In this document: positions 35,761 to 43,884 of the stretch, piece by piece
Layout: each line of letters opens with the position of its first letter
Position numbering within the stretch: the stretch's first letter is position 1
From: Escherichia phage vB_EcoD_Opt-719
Length of the DNA: 48,302 nt
Direction: 5' to 3' (one strand)
Sequence record: OL539451.1
Position numbers and translations under genes: made by a program
The notes under the pieces: model-generated
The model's input: only the letters and a program-made list of their open reading frames with translations
Databases searched by the model: none
Told to the model about the DNA's origin: nothing

Positions 35761-36894
35761 ATGGCTATTGCTAAAATTACGAACGAACAACTTAAAGAAG
35801 AACTAGCTAACGGTATGACTAACAAATCAATCGCAGAGAAGTACGGTATGAATATTCGTAACGTAGAACTGCGTCGCAGCAAGCTGGCTAAGGCTGGGGA
35901 TGGTCACGGTCGCGATGTTAGTAACCTAATTCCTCAAGGCTACATGGTTAAGGGTGTATCTAGCCTCGTTGATAATGATGGAAATGTAAAGTTGCAGTGG
36001 GTTAAGTCCTCCATTGATGCAGAAAAGCTTGAAGAGATTATGAATCAAGCGCGAGAGGCATTTTCTAGTGAGTTACCAAAAGAAAAAGCAGTGAAGTCTG
36101 AAGGTCTGGATTTTGATGAAGATACTTTAGCCATGTATCCAGTGTTTGACCTTCATATTGGCGCGATGGCTCATAAGCATGAGTGTGGAGAAAACTACGA
36201 CACAGCAACAGCTGAGAAAGTAATGAATGACTACTTTGATTACGCTGTTCAGAAAGCTCCAAATTCAAAGAATGCGGTACTAGTTCTTGGAGGAGATTTA
36301 CTTCACTATGATTCTCTAGAGGCTAAAACTCCAGCTAGTGGTCACATCCTTGATAGTGACAGTCGCTACGCTAAAATTGTTTATGTTTGCATACGTTCGG
36401 TTCGTCGTGCAATTAGAAACATGCTTAGCAAACATGAAAATGTAGAGGTTAAAGTTATATCCGGGAATCATGATGAAAGTGGTATGGTTTGGTTGCGAGC
36501 TGCACTTGCGGCATTTTATGAGGAAGAACCACGCGTAAGTATTGATGTTAGCCCCGCGGCAATGATGGTAACTAAGTTTGGTTCTACAATGCTCGGGTTC
36601 ACTCACGGCCATCAAATGCGGAAAGCTGATACTCGCCTTACGGTTATGGCTACTGACTGGCGACGTGACTTTGGCTTAAGTGATTATGTATACACCCACT
36701 CAGGCCACTGGCATTCACAGAAGATTACAGAAACAAATCTTGGTATTGATGAGGTTCATGGTCAGCTTGGTTCACCAGATGCATATAGTGCGAATGGTGG
36801 ATGGCGCTCACAAAGGCAGGCTGCGGTAATCATATATCATAAAGAGTTTGGTGAAGTTGGTCGCTTTATCTGTCGCCCTGAAATGTTTAAATAA
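35761..36894 (+). CDS. calcineurin-like metallophosphoesterase (Mre11/SbcD-like motifs) with N-terminal HTH
   Basis: ordered motifs DLHIG, GGDLLH, GNHDE, THGH, GHWH; N-terminal HTH-like NKSIAEKYGMNIRNVELRRSKL. Confidence 0.6.
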   Translation: MAIAKITNEQLKEELANGMTNKSIAEKYGMNIRNVELRRSKLAKAGDGHGRDVSNLIPQGYMVKGVSSLVDNDGNVKLQWVKSSIDAEKLEEIMNQAREAFSSELPKEKAVKSEGLDFDEDTLAMYPVFDLHIGAMAHKHECGENYDTATAEKVMNDYFDYAVQKAPNSKNAVLVLGGDLLHYDSLEAKTPASGHILDSDSRYAKIVYVCIRSVRRAIRNMLSKHENVEVKVISGNHDESGMVWLRAALAAFYEEEPRVSIDVSPAAMMVTKFGSTMLGFTHGHQMRKADTRLTVMATDWRRDFGLSDYVYTHSGHWHSQKITETNLGIDEVHGQLGSPDAYSANGGWRSQRQAAVIIYHKEFGEVGRFICRPEMFK

Positions 36895-36911
36895 TAGCAC
36901 TTTTTGCTAAA
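36893..36911 (+). promoter_or_regulatory. promoter-cassette motif copy with adjacent hairpin
   Basis: AATAGCACTTTTTGCTAAA immediately followed by hairpin GCCCTCCGGGGC and TTTT. Confidence 0.45.
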
Positions 36912-36960
36912 GCCCTCCGGGGCTTTTGAAAGGTGTCAATTACAGACTGAGGAATCAAAA

Positions 36961-37158
36961 ATGATTACAGAGATGATTTTAGTTGCAAGCCTGTCGTCTC
37001 CATTGGCATCTCATCAGTATTGTGAGCTTGGCAAAGAGATTTATCACGATGGAGTGGAAGTAAACACAGTTGTTGAGTGGCTAAATCACAGTACGATGAA
37101 CATTGATGATAAGAAGGTTGTCCTTGAGTGCTATCTGGTGGAGGCAAATAAAGTTTAA
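36961..37158 (+). CDS. hypothetical protein (65 aa)
   Basis: start ATG 36961 (track TTG 36904); GAGGAA RBS. Confidence 0.4.
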   Translation: MITEMILVASLSSPLASHQYCELGKEIYHDGVEVNTVVEWLNHSTMNIDDKKVVLECYLVEANKV

Positions 37159-37176
37159 ATAGCACGAATTGCTAAA
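37157..37176 (+). promoter_or_regulatory. promoter-cassette motif copy
   Basis: AAATAGCACGAATTGCTAAA; TATAGT and CATCGAAACAAACGAGAGGA leader downstream. Confidence 0.5.
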
Positions 37177-37234
37177 ACACAAATTAAAAGATTGGGTATA
37201 GTTACTCCATCGAAACAAACGAGAGGATACAAAT

Positions 37235-37420
37235 ATGGCTAAGTTCACACAATCAGATGCACAAATCGAAGTTAAAGATGTTGGTTTTGGTAAGGCATTC
37301 AAGATTGCGCAGGCGTACGGGTCTAGCGAAGAAGATGTGAAAGTTGACACTATTAACCTTACTGCTAAGAATGCACGTGAGATCGCTTATGCAATCCTTG
37401 CAGCACTTGGAGAAAAATGA
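37235..37420 (+). CDS. hypothetical protein (61 aa)
   Basis: GAGAGGA RBS; first cistron after promoter cassette. Confidence 0.45.
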   Translation: MAKFTQSDAQIEVKDVGFGKAFKIAQAYGSSEEDVKVDTINLTAKNAREIAYAILAALGEK

Positions 37421-37421
37421 A

Positions 37422-37595
37422 ATGACTAAATTATTTTGCGTAATCAACAAATCAAAAACTCTGCCGTTCACTGTAAACAATCCGTATAGCGCTGAGTATC
37501 AGGGTGAAGGAAACTACAAGATTTATGGCGATGACATGACATGGATTTTTGCGCCAATCGATGGAGCTTTGTTGGAATTCATTATCGCAGACTAA
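37422..37595 (+). CDS. hypothetical protein (57 aa)
   Basis: ATG 2 nt after upstream TGA; same frame as track ORF 37344..37595. Confidence 0.35.
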   Translation: MTKLFCVINKSKTLPFTVNNPYSAEYQGEGNYKIYGDDMTWIFAPIDGALLEFIIAD

Positions 37596-37621
37596 GTTAT
37601 TAAAAACATTAACTTGCAAAT

Positions 37622-37648
37622 AGGCGGCCTTTAAGGCTGCCTTTTTTC
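37622..37648 (+). terminator. rho-independent terminator
   Basis: hairpin AGGCGGCC-TTTAA-GGCTGCCT (one G-U) followed by TTTTTT; precedes lysis cassette. Confidence 0.65.
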
Positions 37649-37709
37649 GTTTATGTCAAAGGCTAATGTCTGGTATTATTTAACCAAATCAACTAAACAA
37701 GGCCGCAAC

Positions 37710-37925
37710 ATGAAACATTTCTATGACGCAGCCGCCTTGTCCGGTAGCGGAGTAGCTATGGGCGGCGGTTTATCTGACAACACAATCATCGGCATTATCG
37801 GATTAGTTATCGCCGTATGCTTTGGTATTTTTGGCGCATGGCTGCGCTGGCGTGACAGTAAAGCGCTCCATAAGGCACTTGAAGATGGAGACATCCGAGA
37901 GGCAATGAGAATCAGGAGCAAATGA
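37710..37925 (+). CDS. putative holin (single-TM, possibly pinholin)
   Basis: 71 aa from ATG 37710; one hydrophobic helix IIGIIGLVIAVCFGIFGAWL and charged C-terminus; immediately upstream of lysozyme; alternative upstream ATG 37653. Confidence 0.55.
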   Translation: MKHFYDAAALSGSGVAMGGGLSDNTIIGIIGLVIAVCFGIFGAWLRWRDSKALHKALEDGDIREAMRIRSK

Positions 37926-38407
37926 TGAGCATCAAAAATAAGGTAATTGGTTCGGCAGTAGCTGGTGCCATGGCGTTAGCGGTTCCGTTCCTTAATGAGC
38001 ATGAAGGCGTTGAGTACAAGCCTTACAGAGATATTGCTGGGGTATGGACCACATGCGCTGGAATTACTGGTCCTGACGTTATTCTAGGTAAGGTTTATAC
38101 TAAGAAAGAGTGTGACGCGCTTCTTGCAAAGCACTTAGCAATTCATCAGCGCGCTGTTGATAAAGCTCTGAATGTTAATGTTCCAGTTAGCACCAGGGCG
38201 GCACTGTACAGTTTTTCATTCAATGTGGGAACCAGTGCAATGCGCAACTCGACTGTTATTAGGCGCATGAATCGTGGCGATATCCGCGGAGGATGCGAGG
38301 CGCTATCTATGTGGAATAAAATTAGCGTTGGTGGCAAGAAGGTTGTTAGTAAAGGCCTGGTTAACAGGCGTAACGCGGAGATTAAACTATGCGTCTCGGA
38401 ATTGTAA
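37922..38407 (+). CDS. endolysin, phage lysozyme (GH24-like), probable SAR type
   Basis: EGVEYKPYRDIAGVWTTCAGITG resembles P22/T4-type lysozyme catalytic region; Gly/Ala-rich weakly hydrophobic N-terminus VIGSAVAGAMALAVPF. Confidence 0.8.
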   Translation: MMSIKNKVIGSAVAGAMALAVPFLNEHEGVEYKPYRDIAGVWTTCAGITGPDVILGKVYTKKECDALLAKHLAIHQRAVDKALNVNVPVSTRAALYSFSFNVGTSAMRNSTVIRRMNRGDIRGGCEALSMWNKISVGGKKVVSKGLVNRRNAEIKLCVSEL

Positions 38408-38793
38408 TTATTGCAACTGTATTACTGACTGGTTGCTCTGGCCTATCGGCTATTTCTGATTTTTTACCAGCAAAGGATGGCGTCGAGGCAACAGCGCAGG
38501 TGGGTGAATCTAACCAGAAAACAGGGGTTGGGCTATCAAATCAGACAGACAAATCTAGCTCTATAGAAAGCGATATGCGCAACTCAACTAACAGAGACGT
38601 GGACTCATCAAGCCAGAAAAAGACCGCCGCTACTGGCCTATCAGCTAACACAATAACGGCTGAAAAGATTGAAATTCATAGTACTGAAAACTCAGGGGTA
38701 GATTCATTAGTCTGGGGTATTCTTGCCGGGCTAGTTTCTTGTTTGTTAACTTACTTCACTTTAAGATTTGCAGGAAACAAAAAAGGAGCCTAA
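38389..38793 (+). CDS. unimolecular spanin-like protein (lipoprotein with C-terminal TM)
   Basis: N-terminal lipobox LLTGC and C-terminal TM helix LVWGILAGLVSCLLTYFTL; last gene of lysis cassette. Confidence 0.65.
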   Translation: MRLGIVIIATVLLTGCSGLSAISDFLPAKDGVEATAQVGESNQKTGVGLSNQTDKSSSIESDMRNSTNRDVDSSSQKKTAATGLSANTITAEKIEIHSTENSGVDSLVWGILAGLVSCLLTYFTLRFAGNKKGA

Positions 38794-38806
38794 TGGCTCC
38801 TTTCTC
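38778..38806. terminator. bidirectional rho-independent terminator
   Basis: hairpin AGGAGCC-TAAT-GGCTCCT flanked by A-run and T-run; between convergent lysis genes and minus-strand block. Confidence 0.7.
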
Positions 38807-38808
38807 TA

Positions 38809-39006
38809 TTAATAATCATCCTCCTCGAGGTTGTCACCCTCATACACTAAAAAGAACCCAAGCCTTTGTAATTCAGCTCCCGCCATGAAGTAACCCAACG
38901 CTTCGGCTCGCTCTGAGTCATTTTTTAAACCATCTAAAGGGTATCTCTCATAAAATTTATTAATCAACATAGCTTGGTCAAACTTGCTTGAATTGTATTC
39001 TTTCAT
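38809..39006 (-). CDS. hypothetical protein (65 aa)
   Basis: minus-strand ORF, acidic C-terminus; last gene of minus block. Confidence 0.35.
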   Translation of the reverse strand: MKEYNSSKFDQAMLINKFYERYPLDGLKNDSERAEALGYFMAGAELQRLGFFLVYEGDNLEEDDY

Positions 39007-39338
39007 TTAAATAATTCCTCGTCTGTCATTTCTTTTATCGTCATCATCTCATTGGTGTACTTATCACTCTCACCATTAAGGCATCTGAAGCTAAATCCGA
39101 ATGGTCGCTTCATGCTTCCTTTACTCCAGTAATTACCATTAACTCCATCGATGTAACCTTCAGTCATACATCTTGCCAGAAACTCCTTTGACGCGGATGA
39201 TGCAAAGTAACGCGTAGTAACTCCAGCCGCTTTAGCCATTCTTTCACAGTCTTTATGGCGGTAAATGAACACCGCCAGATGCTGCCTGTTAAATCTCTCG
39301 TAGCTCTCGCAGAACTTGAACACATCTAGTAAAAACAT
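39003..39338 (-). CDS. hypothetical protein (111 aa)
   Basis: minus-strand ORF with GGGTGA RBS; overlaps downstream gene start. Confidence 0.4.
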   Translation of the reverse strand: MFLLDVFKFCESYERFNRQHLAVFIYRHKDCERMAKAAGVTTRYFASSASKEFLARCMTEGYIDGVNGNYWSKGSMKRPFGFSFRCLNGESDKYTNEMMTIKEMTDEELFK

Positions 39339-39437
39339 AAATCACCCATAAATTAATGATAATATGCAAAACAAAATACTCATCAAATGAATAGGAATTA
39401 GAGAGTACATGACAAAATTTTCAACCTTTCTCATAAA

Positions 39438-41021
39438 TCACCCCAGCAGTCGTGGATTAATGTAAACCTTATCACCAATCAGGCAGGTGTAGTTTTTCTC
39501 ATCAAGCATCGGAAGTAAATGGTCTTTAATCTTAGCCATTACGCCAGCCTGAGCCTCAAACGGTCTAACCTTACGTGCCGCTTCATAGAGTGATCGCAAC
39601 CCCACCACTCCTTTACTGTTCTTTCCTTGCTTAATAAGAATATCAATTAGCTTGTTCATCTCTGCATTATCACCAGCGTGACCAGCAGCATTAGCGGAAG
39701 ACAAGTAAGTCTTACTCAGTTCTTCAAACATAAGAAGAGCTTCTTGCATCGTTTCAAGCCCAATCTCCCTGGACTTCTGCGGACTCCCTCCGTTTGGATT
39801 AAACCAGTTACGGATAGTGTGAAGAACTGCCGCTATCCTGATTACCTGCTTATCCATTTTACCTAACGCTCCGCGCAACATTGTGTGCGAGTACTTACCG
39901 CCATCTGCAAGGTGCGGCTCCATTTCCTGACGAGCACGGTTGAGGTGCTTCATTGCTGAATTACTGACAGTTAGTTTTACATCTTGCTCGCTCATTATTT
40001 CATGAACAAGACGAAAGTAATCTGCCTTTAATCCACCATCAATTGGTTTATATGTTGACTCGCCCTCATCATCAACAAACACACGCTCACCAAGGAATGA
40101 CTTCTCGCGCACAAGAAGGAAACGCTCTGATACACCGATACCGCGAGCGCCAGCATTCATGATTGCGACGATTGTTTCATCCTGCGCAATTACAGAAATG
40201 CAACCCATAGCAATAAAGCTCATGTTGTTCTCTGCGTTCGCACGCGCGATAGATACGTTACCAGCATCCCAGGCCTTCAGAACAAGTTCGCTGTTAGTTT
40301 TCTTCGAGCCATCACCGTAAGTCATACCAAGAAGTGAGTTAACACTTGTCGCTTCATCAGAAATCACGGAGAAGTTGCCCTGGCGGTTGTTGATTCGCGC
40401 AAGACCTTCCGGGGTAGTATCAGATACCGGAAACACAATGTCGCACAGCTTTTCTAACTTCTCTTCCAACTCCTCTTTATCTTCGAATAATCCAGCCATC
40501 TCAGATGGTGACTTCTCTTGCTTCATTTCTTTTGCCAGGGCTGACAATTTAGCCATAATCTTCTTACGGTCACGCTTGCGTAATTCGTTCAATCGCTCAG
40601 TCTCAGCAATCATTGGCGCTAGTGCGAGTGAGTTAATAGCTGACTTACCAGTTGATGGAGGCTGACTGGTTACTACGTACAGCGCGGTAGGCTGCTGAGT
40701 TCCATGATACTCAACCGTAAAGCGACCAAGCATTGCTGCTGAAATACACCCAAGGAAGTGCATGTAAGCTGAAGACTCTGGGAACTGAACTGAGCGTGCG
40801 ATATTGCTTGATAATTTACCAACGACATCACAATCATTTCCTAGCGAGATGACCGGATATTTGTCACCAGTTGAATCAATTTCTACCGGAGCCTTCCAGA
40901 ATGATGCACTCTGTCGATAACCATTGGCATTAATAGCAACTCGCAATGGTGGTAAATTTTCAGCTGCCGCAACAGACATTACTTGTTCGACTGATAATTT
41001 ATCTTCGTTAAAATCAAACAT
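39438..41021 (-). CDS. P-loop NTPase with N- and C-terminal modules shared with mini-paralog 43328..43870
   Basis: 527 aa; deviant Walker A QPPSTGKS (aa ~120-127) and Walker B FSVISDEAT (aa ~218-224); N-terminal 45 aa and C-terminal ~75 aa ~60-65% identical to the 180-aa plus-strand protein. Confidence 0.55.
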   Translation of the reverse strand: MFDFNEDKLSVEQVMSVAAAENLPPLRVAINANGYRQSASFWKAPVEIDSTGDKYPVISLGNDCDVVGKLSSNIARSVQFPESSAYMHFLGCISAAMLGRFTVEYHGTQQPTALYVVTSQPPSTGKSAINSLALAPMIAETERLNELRKRDRKKIMAKLSALAKEMKQEKSPSEMAGLFEDKEELEEKLEKLCDIVFPVSDTTPEGLARINNRQGNFSVISDEATSVNSLLGMTYGDGSKKTNSELVLKAWDAGNVSIARANAENNMSFIAMGCISVIAQDETIVAIMNAGARGIGVSERFLLVREKSFLGERVFVDDEGESTYKPIDGGLKADYFRLVHEIMSEQDVKLTVSNSAMKHLNRARQEMEPHLADGGKYSHTMLRGALGKMDKQVIRIAAVLHTIRNWFNPNGGSPQKSREIGLETMQEALLMFEELSKTYLSSANAAGHAGDNAEMNKLIDILIKQGKNSKGVVGLRSLYEAARKVRPFEAQAGVMAKIKDHLLPMLDEKNYTCLIGDKVYINPRLLG

Positions 41022-41057
41022 CTTATTCTCTCTATTTGTTATCGATGGGTATAAATA

Positions 41058-41075
41058 TACCCGCCGAAGCGGGTA
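41058..41075 (-). other. hairpin within promoter cassette (ACCCGC-CGAA-GCGGGT)
   Basis: perfect 6-bp stem between motif copy and ATPase gene RBS. Confidence 0.4.
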
Positions 41076-41081
41076 GTGTCA

Positions 41082-41100
41082 TTAACAAAAAGTGCTATTT
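41082..41100 (-). promoter_or_regulatory. promoter-cassette motif copy (minus orientation)
   Basis: reverse complement AAATAGCACTTTTTGTTAA; abuts stop of 41099..41452. Confidence 0.5.
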
Positions 41101-41452
41101 ACTTATACTGAGCTTCAAACTTATACATCCCATAACCAACATCATAGCCAACTTCATCATCGCGAGTAAGTTGCCAGCCGTCACCTTCGTTGTCGTAGAT
41201 GTAGCCAGCATTACGACCTAATCCAGCGTGCATGGAGACCTGGTAACGCTTACCTTCAGTAAATGATTTCTTGAGCGGATTGCTGTGGTCAACCCTGGTG
41301 CACAGTAGTGTCTTTGTCTTAATGTAGTGACCGTTCATGTCTATATTAACCCATTTGCCATCGACCTTAATTTGTTCAACTCCATCTTTTGCTCGAGCTT
41401 TAAATAATTTGTTATCGCTGCTTACCCAGTTCTTTGTGATGGTAGTGGCCAT
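41099..41452 (-). CDS. hypothetical protein (117 aa)
   Basis: AAAGGAAAG RBS; first gene after motif/hairpin cassette on minus strand. Confidence 0.45.
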   Translation of the reverse strand: MATTITKNWVSSDNKLFKARAKDGVEQIKVDGKWVNIDMNGHYIKTKTLLCTRVDHSNPLKKSFTEGKRYQVSMHAGLGRNAGYIYDNEGDGWQLTRDDEVGYDVGYGMYKFEAQYK

Positions 41453-41517
41453 TATTACTTTCCTTTTATGCGTGTCATTTCAGTGATTTCAATATACATC
41501 ATAAGCCCCGAAGGGCT

Positions 41518-41536
41518 TTAACAATTAGTGCTATTT
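41518..41536 (-). promoter_or_regulatory. promoter-cassette motif copy (minus orientation) with adjacent hairpin
   Basis: reverse complement AAATAGCACTAATTGTTAAA followed by hairpin GCCC-CGAA-GGGC. Confidence 0.45.
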
Positions 41537-41683
41537 CTTTGCTGCTTTTGCAATTGCTTTCTGAACAATGTCGAAACTCTCAATCAAATCTTCTTTAAAG
41601 TAGTCACCAACAGGCCAGCCCTTGCCGCTGTACTTTGCTATGGTTTCTAGATCGTAATAGTTCAAATCAGATGGCTTAAGCAT
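41531..41683 (-). CDS. hypothetical small protein (50 aa)
   Basis: GAGGTGAG RBS; ATG immediately follows upstream TAA; stop lies in motif. Confidence 0.3.
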   Translation of the reverse strand: MLKPSDLNYYDLETIAKYSGKGWPVGDYFKEDLIESFDIVQKAIAKAAKK

Positions 41684-41923
41684 TTATCTCACCTCATCAA
41701 AAGTGGCGATTCCAGGGATGAACATACCAACCTTCCAGCCAGCTATAGCAATCCACCCCGAATCGTGCTTGTGCGGACGCTCAGCGCCATTAATCACCCA
41801 TTCGTTCGGGATTGTCTTACCGTTAATGATAAGCGGCTCAGCGTCGTATACAGAGTCTTTTACGAACGGTGTTAAAACCTTCTTATCCGTGCTTTGGATA
41901 ACGTTAGTGCAGCGAATCTTCAT
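41684..41923 (-). CDS. hypothetical protein (79 aa)
   Basis: GAGGT RBS; overlaps stop of upstream acidic gene. Confidence 0.45.
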   Translation of the reverse strand: MKIRCTNVIQSTDKKVLTPFVKDSVYDAEPLIINGKTIPNEWVINGAERPHKHDSGWIAIAGWKVGMFIPGIATFDEVR

Positions 41924-42138
41924 GCTAATACCTCGATTTCTTCTTCCGTAACGCTGAATTCTTCACCTTCATAAACAGCCGTGATGCCATCAATTACAAC
42001 ATCGCGCTTCGCATCAATGAAGTACTCACCTTCAAGTTCAAACACCTCAACCTCTTCACCAACTTCATAGCCCATCTCAGCCAGGCTTAATGCATCTTCG
42101 TCAAACTTGATTTCGTTGTTGATAATAATCGCTTTCAT
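41920..42138 (-). CDS. hypothetical acidic protein (72 aa), paralog of 46598..46810
   Basis: start ATG 42138 with GAGGAG RBS (track TTG 42177); MKAIIINNEIKFDED...GYEVGEEVEV versus MKIKIIDVDYVTDDE...GFEIGDVVEV. Confidence 0.45.
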   Translation of the reverse strand: MKAIIINNEIKFDEDALSLAEMGYEVGEEVEVFELEGEYFIDAKRDVVIDGITAVYEGEEFSVTEEEIEVLA

Positions 42139-42191
42139 CTGATATCTCCTCGTTGTCGATGTGATAACTATAACCAATCAGGGCTGAATGG

Positions 42192-42211
42192 TCATTAGCA
42201 AAAAGTGCTAT
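42192..42211 (-). promoter_or_regulatory. promoter-cassette motif copy (minus orientation)
   Basis: reverse complement AATAGCACTTTTTGCTAATG with TATAGT and CATCGACAACGAGGAG leader toward 41920..42138. Confidence 0.5.
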
Positions 42212-42214
42212 TCG

Positions 42215-42345
42215 TTCGATTTATGGATTGTTGCAGATATTGCAATGATTCACTTCACTATTGCATGTATAGCAATATTGCATCGATTGCAATGATTTTC
42301 TGGACTGTTGCGAAATTTAGCAATGATTGATGGATTGATGGAATG
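42215..42345. repeat. iteron-like array (GCAATGATT x3, ATTGCAAT palindromes, ATTGATGG x2); candidate origin/operator
   Basis: approx. coordinates; three direct GCAATGATT copies near 42241, 42288, 42319, two perfect ATTGCAAT palindromes and several ATTGCA/TAGCAAT half-sites in an ORF-free divergent region. Confidence 0.5.
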
Positions 42346-42509
42346 AAGGAGGGCGCATCAACTAGTTGGTTGGTTTTAGCTTACACGAGGAGCTTTCCTT
42401 TATATACGCGTTATGGCTTGTTCAACCGTGTGGAGAAATTGCCATATTTACGCCATCCACGCCAGTTTACGCGCTGGTTACAAAATAAATCCCTTATATA
42501 ACAACCTTT

Positions 42510-42540
42510 TAGATTTATTATTATTATTATTATTATATAT
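42510..42540. repeat. (TTA)n microsatellite in AT-rich spacer
   Basis: approx. coordinates; TTATTATTATTATTATTAT followed by ATATATG; candidate DNA-unwinding element next to iterons. Confidence 0.4.
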
Positions 42541-42812
42541 GTTATCCCGTAACCATGATTATCCAAGATATTGGTGATATTTTTTTGATATTGCGCGGCG
42601 CATAAAGATTTAGATAAAGAGATAGGGATGCAAGTGGGGTGGAGAAAATGGCTTAACAGACCATAACGGCAATAACAGCCTTGATATGACTAGCGTCAGC
42701 ATGTAACAATTTAGCATAACGTGCGATTACTGAGTTGAACGTGTAAATAATGCTTGCGACATTCACCCATCATGGTAAGATGCTCTCACACTAAACGAGA
42801 GGAGTAGTAAAA

Positions 42813-43328
42813 ATGAGTAATACAATTCGTGAAGCAAACCCGACACTTGGCGACCTGGTGCGCCACCTTGTTAAGATGGCACTCAATTCAGAGGATGGAA
42901 GCGTAACAGTTCCCGTTAAGTTGCTTTACAAGAATCTTTACGGAGAAATTGATAACGGCTATGTAGCAGCCGACTTTAGACCTGGCGGCAAATATTCACT
43001 TCCAAAGCTTAAGGCTTCCTATGTTTCAAATACAGCCAGTAGAATGCAGGAAGTTAAAGACGCAGATAAGCGCGCAAGGTTCTCTTGTGGAGAGATGGAT
43101 TATAATGGTGATGAGCATTATTGCGTAAAAATCACAATGGTCGACGGAGCTGTTAAGAATGGAACCCGAGCTAAGACAAGCAGTCAATTAGAGGAGAAAG
43201 CGGTAAGCGAGTTTAAAGCCAGGCTACTTAAGCTTTCCCCTAGCGTTGCAGGCATGAGTGGTGATGAACTTAAGGGCGCGGTAACTATGATTAACGCATA
43301 TCAGGAAATGATTAAGGAGACTAAATAA
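42813..43328 (+). CDS. hypothetical protein (171 aa)
   Basis: first gene of rightward early block; GAGAGGAG RBS. Confidence 0.5.
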   Translation: MSNTIREANPTLGDLVRHLVKMALNSEDGSVTVPVKLLYKNLYGEIDNGYVAADFRPGGKYSLPKLKASYVSNTASRMQEVKDADKRARFSCGEMDYNGDEHYCVKITMVDGAVKNGTRAKTSSQLEEKAVSEFKARLLKLSPSVAGMSGDELKGAVTMINAYQEMIKETK

Positions 43329-43870
43329 TGTTTGATTTCAAAGAGGATAAACTTACTTATGAGCAGGTGTTAGCAGCAGCAGCGGCAGACAATCTGCCTC
43401 CCTTGCGAGTATCAATAATTGCAAATGGTTACCGACAATCTGCAAATCTATGGCCTGAACTGGATAAGGTCAAAGATTTCGAACTAGACACTGGAGCTTT
43501 AAAGATTATAGAAATCCTCATTAATCAAGGAATGAGCAGTAAAGGTGTCGTTGGTCTCGGGTCACTATATAATACAGTAAGGAAAGTTAAACCATTCGAA
43601 GGTAAAAGTGAAGTAATTATGGATATCAGAGATGTCATCATCCCAAACCTTGATAAGCTTGGCTATGCATGCCTAATCGGAGATAAGATTTACATCAACC
43701 CTAAACTGCTTGATGGCAACCAGGACTGGACTTACAAGGTTAAGCTGCTGGAAGATGATTTCAACATCGACGATTGCGAGAAGATTGTTGACGAGATTAC
43801 TATCAAGGCAATTGATGAGCAAATCGAGAGGCTCAAGCGGAAGAAGAAGTACCTCCTGACCGGTAAATAG
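43328..43870 (+). CDS. ATPase-less mini-paralog of the 39438..41021 P-loop protein
   Basis: 180 aa; MFDFKEDKLTYEQVLAAAAADNLPPLRVSIIANGYRQSA and KGVVGLGSLY...CLIGDKIYINPKLL match the N- and C-termini of the 527-aa protein; ATG overlaps upstream TAA. Confidence 0.55.
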   Translation: MFDFKEDKLTYEQVLAAAAADNLPPLRVSIIANGYRQSANLWPELDKVKDFELDTGALKIIEILINQGMSSKGVVGLGSLYNTVRKVKPFEGKSEVIMDIRDVIIPNLDKLGYACLIGDKIYINPKLLDGNQDWTYKVKLLEDDFNIDDCEKIVDEITIKAIDEQIERLKRKKKYLLTGK

Positions 43871-43884
43871 CACGAATTGCTAAA
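43865..43884 (+). promoter_or_regulatory. promoter-cassette motif copy
   Basis: AAATAGCACGAATTGCTAAA; contains TAG stop; GGGATGCG, TTATAGT and CATCGAAACGAAA downstream. Confidence 0.5.

Noticed and set aside
36065-37480. Minus-strand ORFs in the plus-strand early block (36065..36268, 36316..36615, 36965..37165, 37081..37350, 37253..37480)
   Set aside because: Antisense to RBS-supported plus-strand genes and promoter cassettes; no start context.
42215-42345. Possibility that the repeat array is a CRISPR array
   Set aside because: Repeats are 8-9 bp with irregular spacing and no unique spacers of uniform length; no cas genes; pattern fits iterons/operators.
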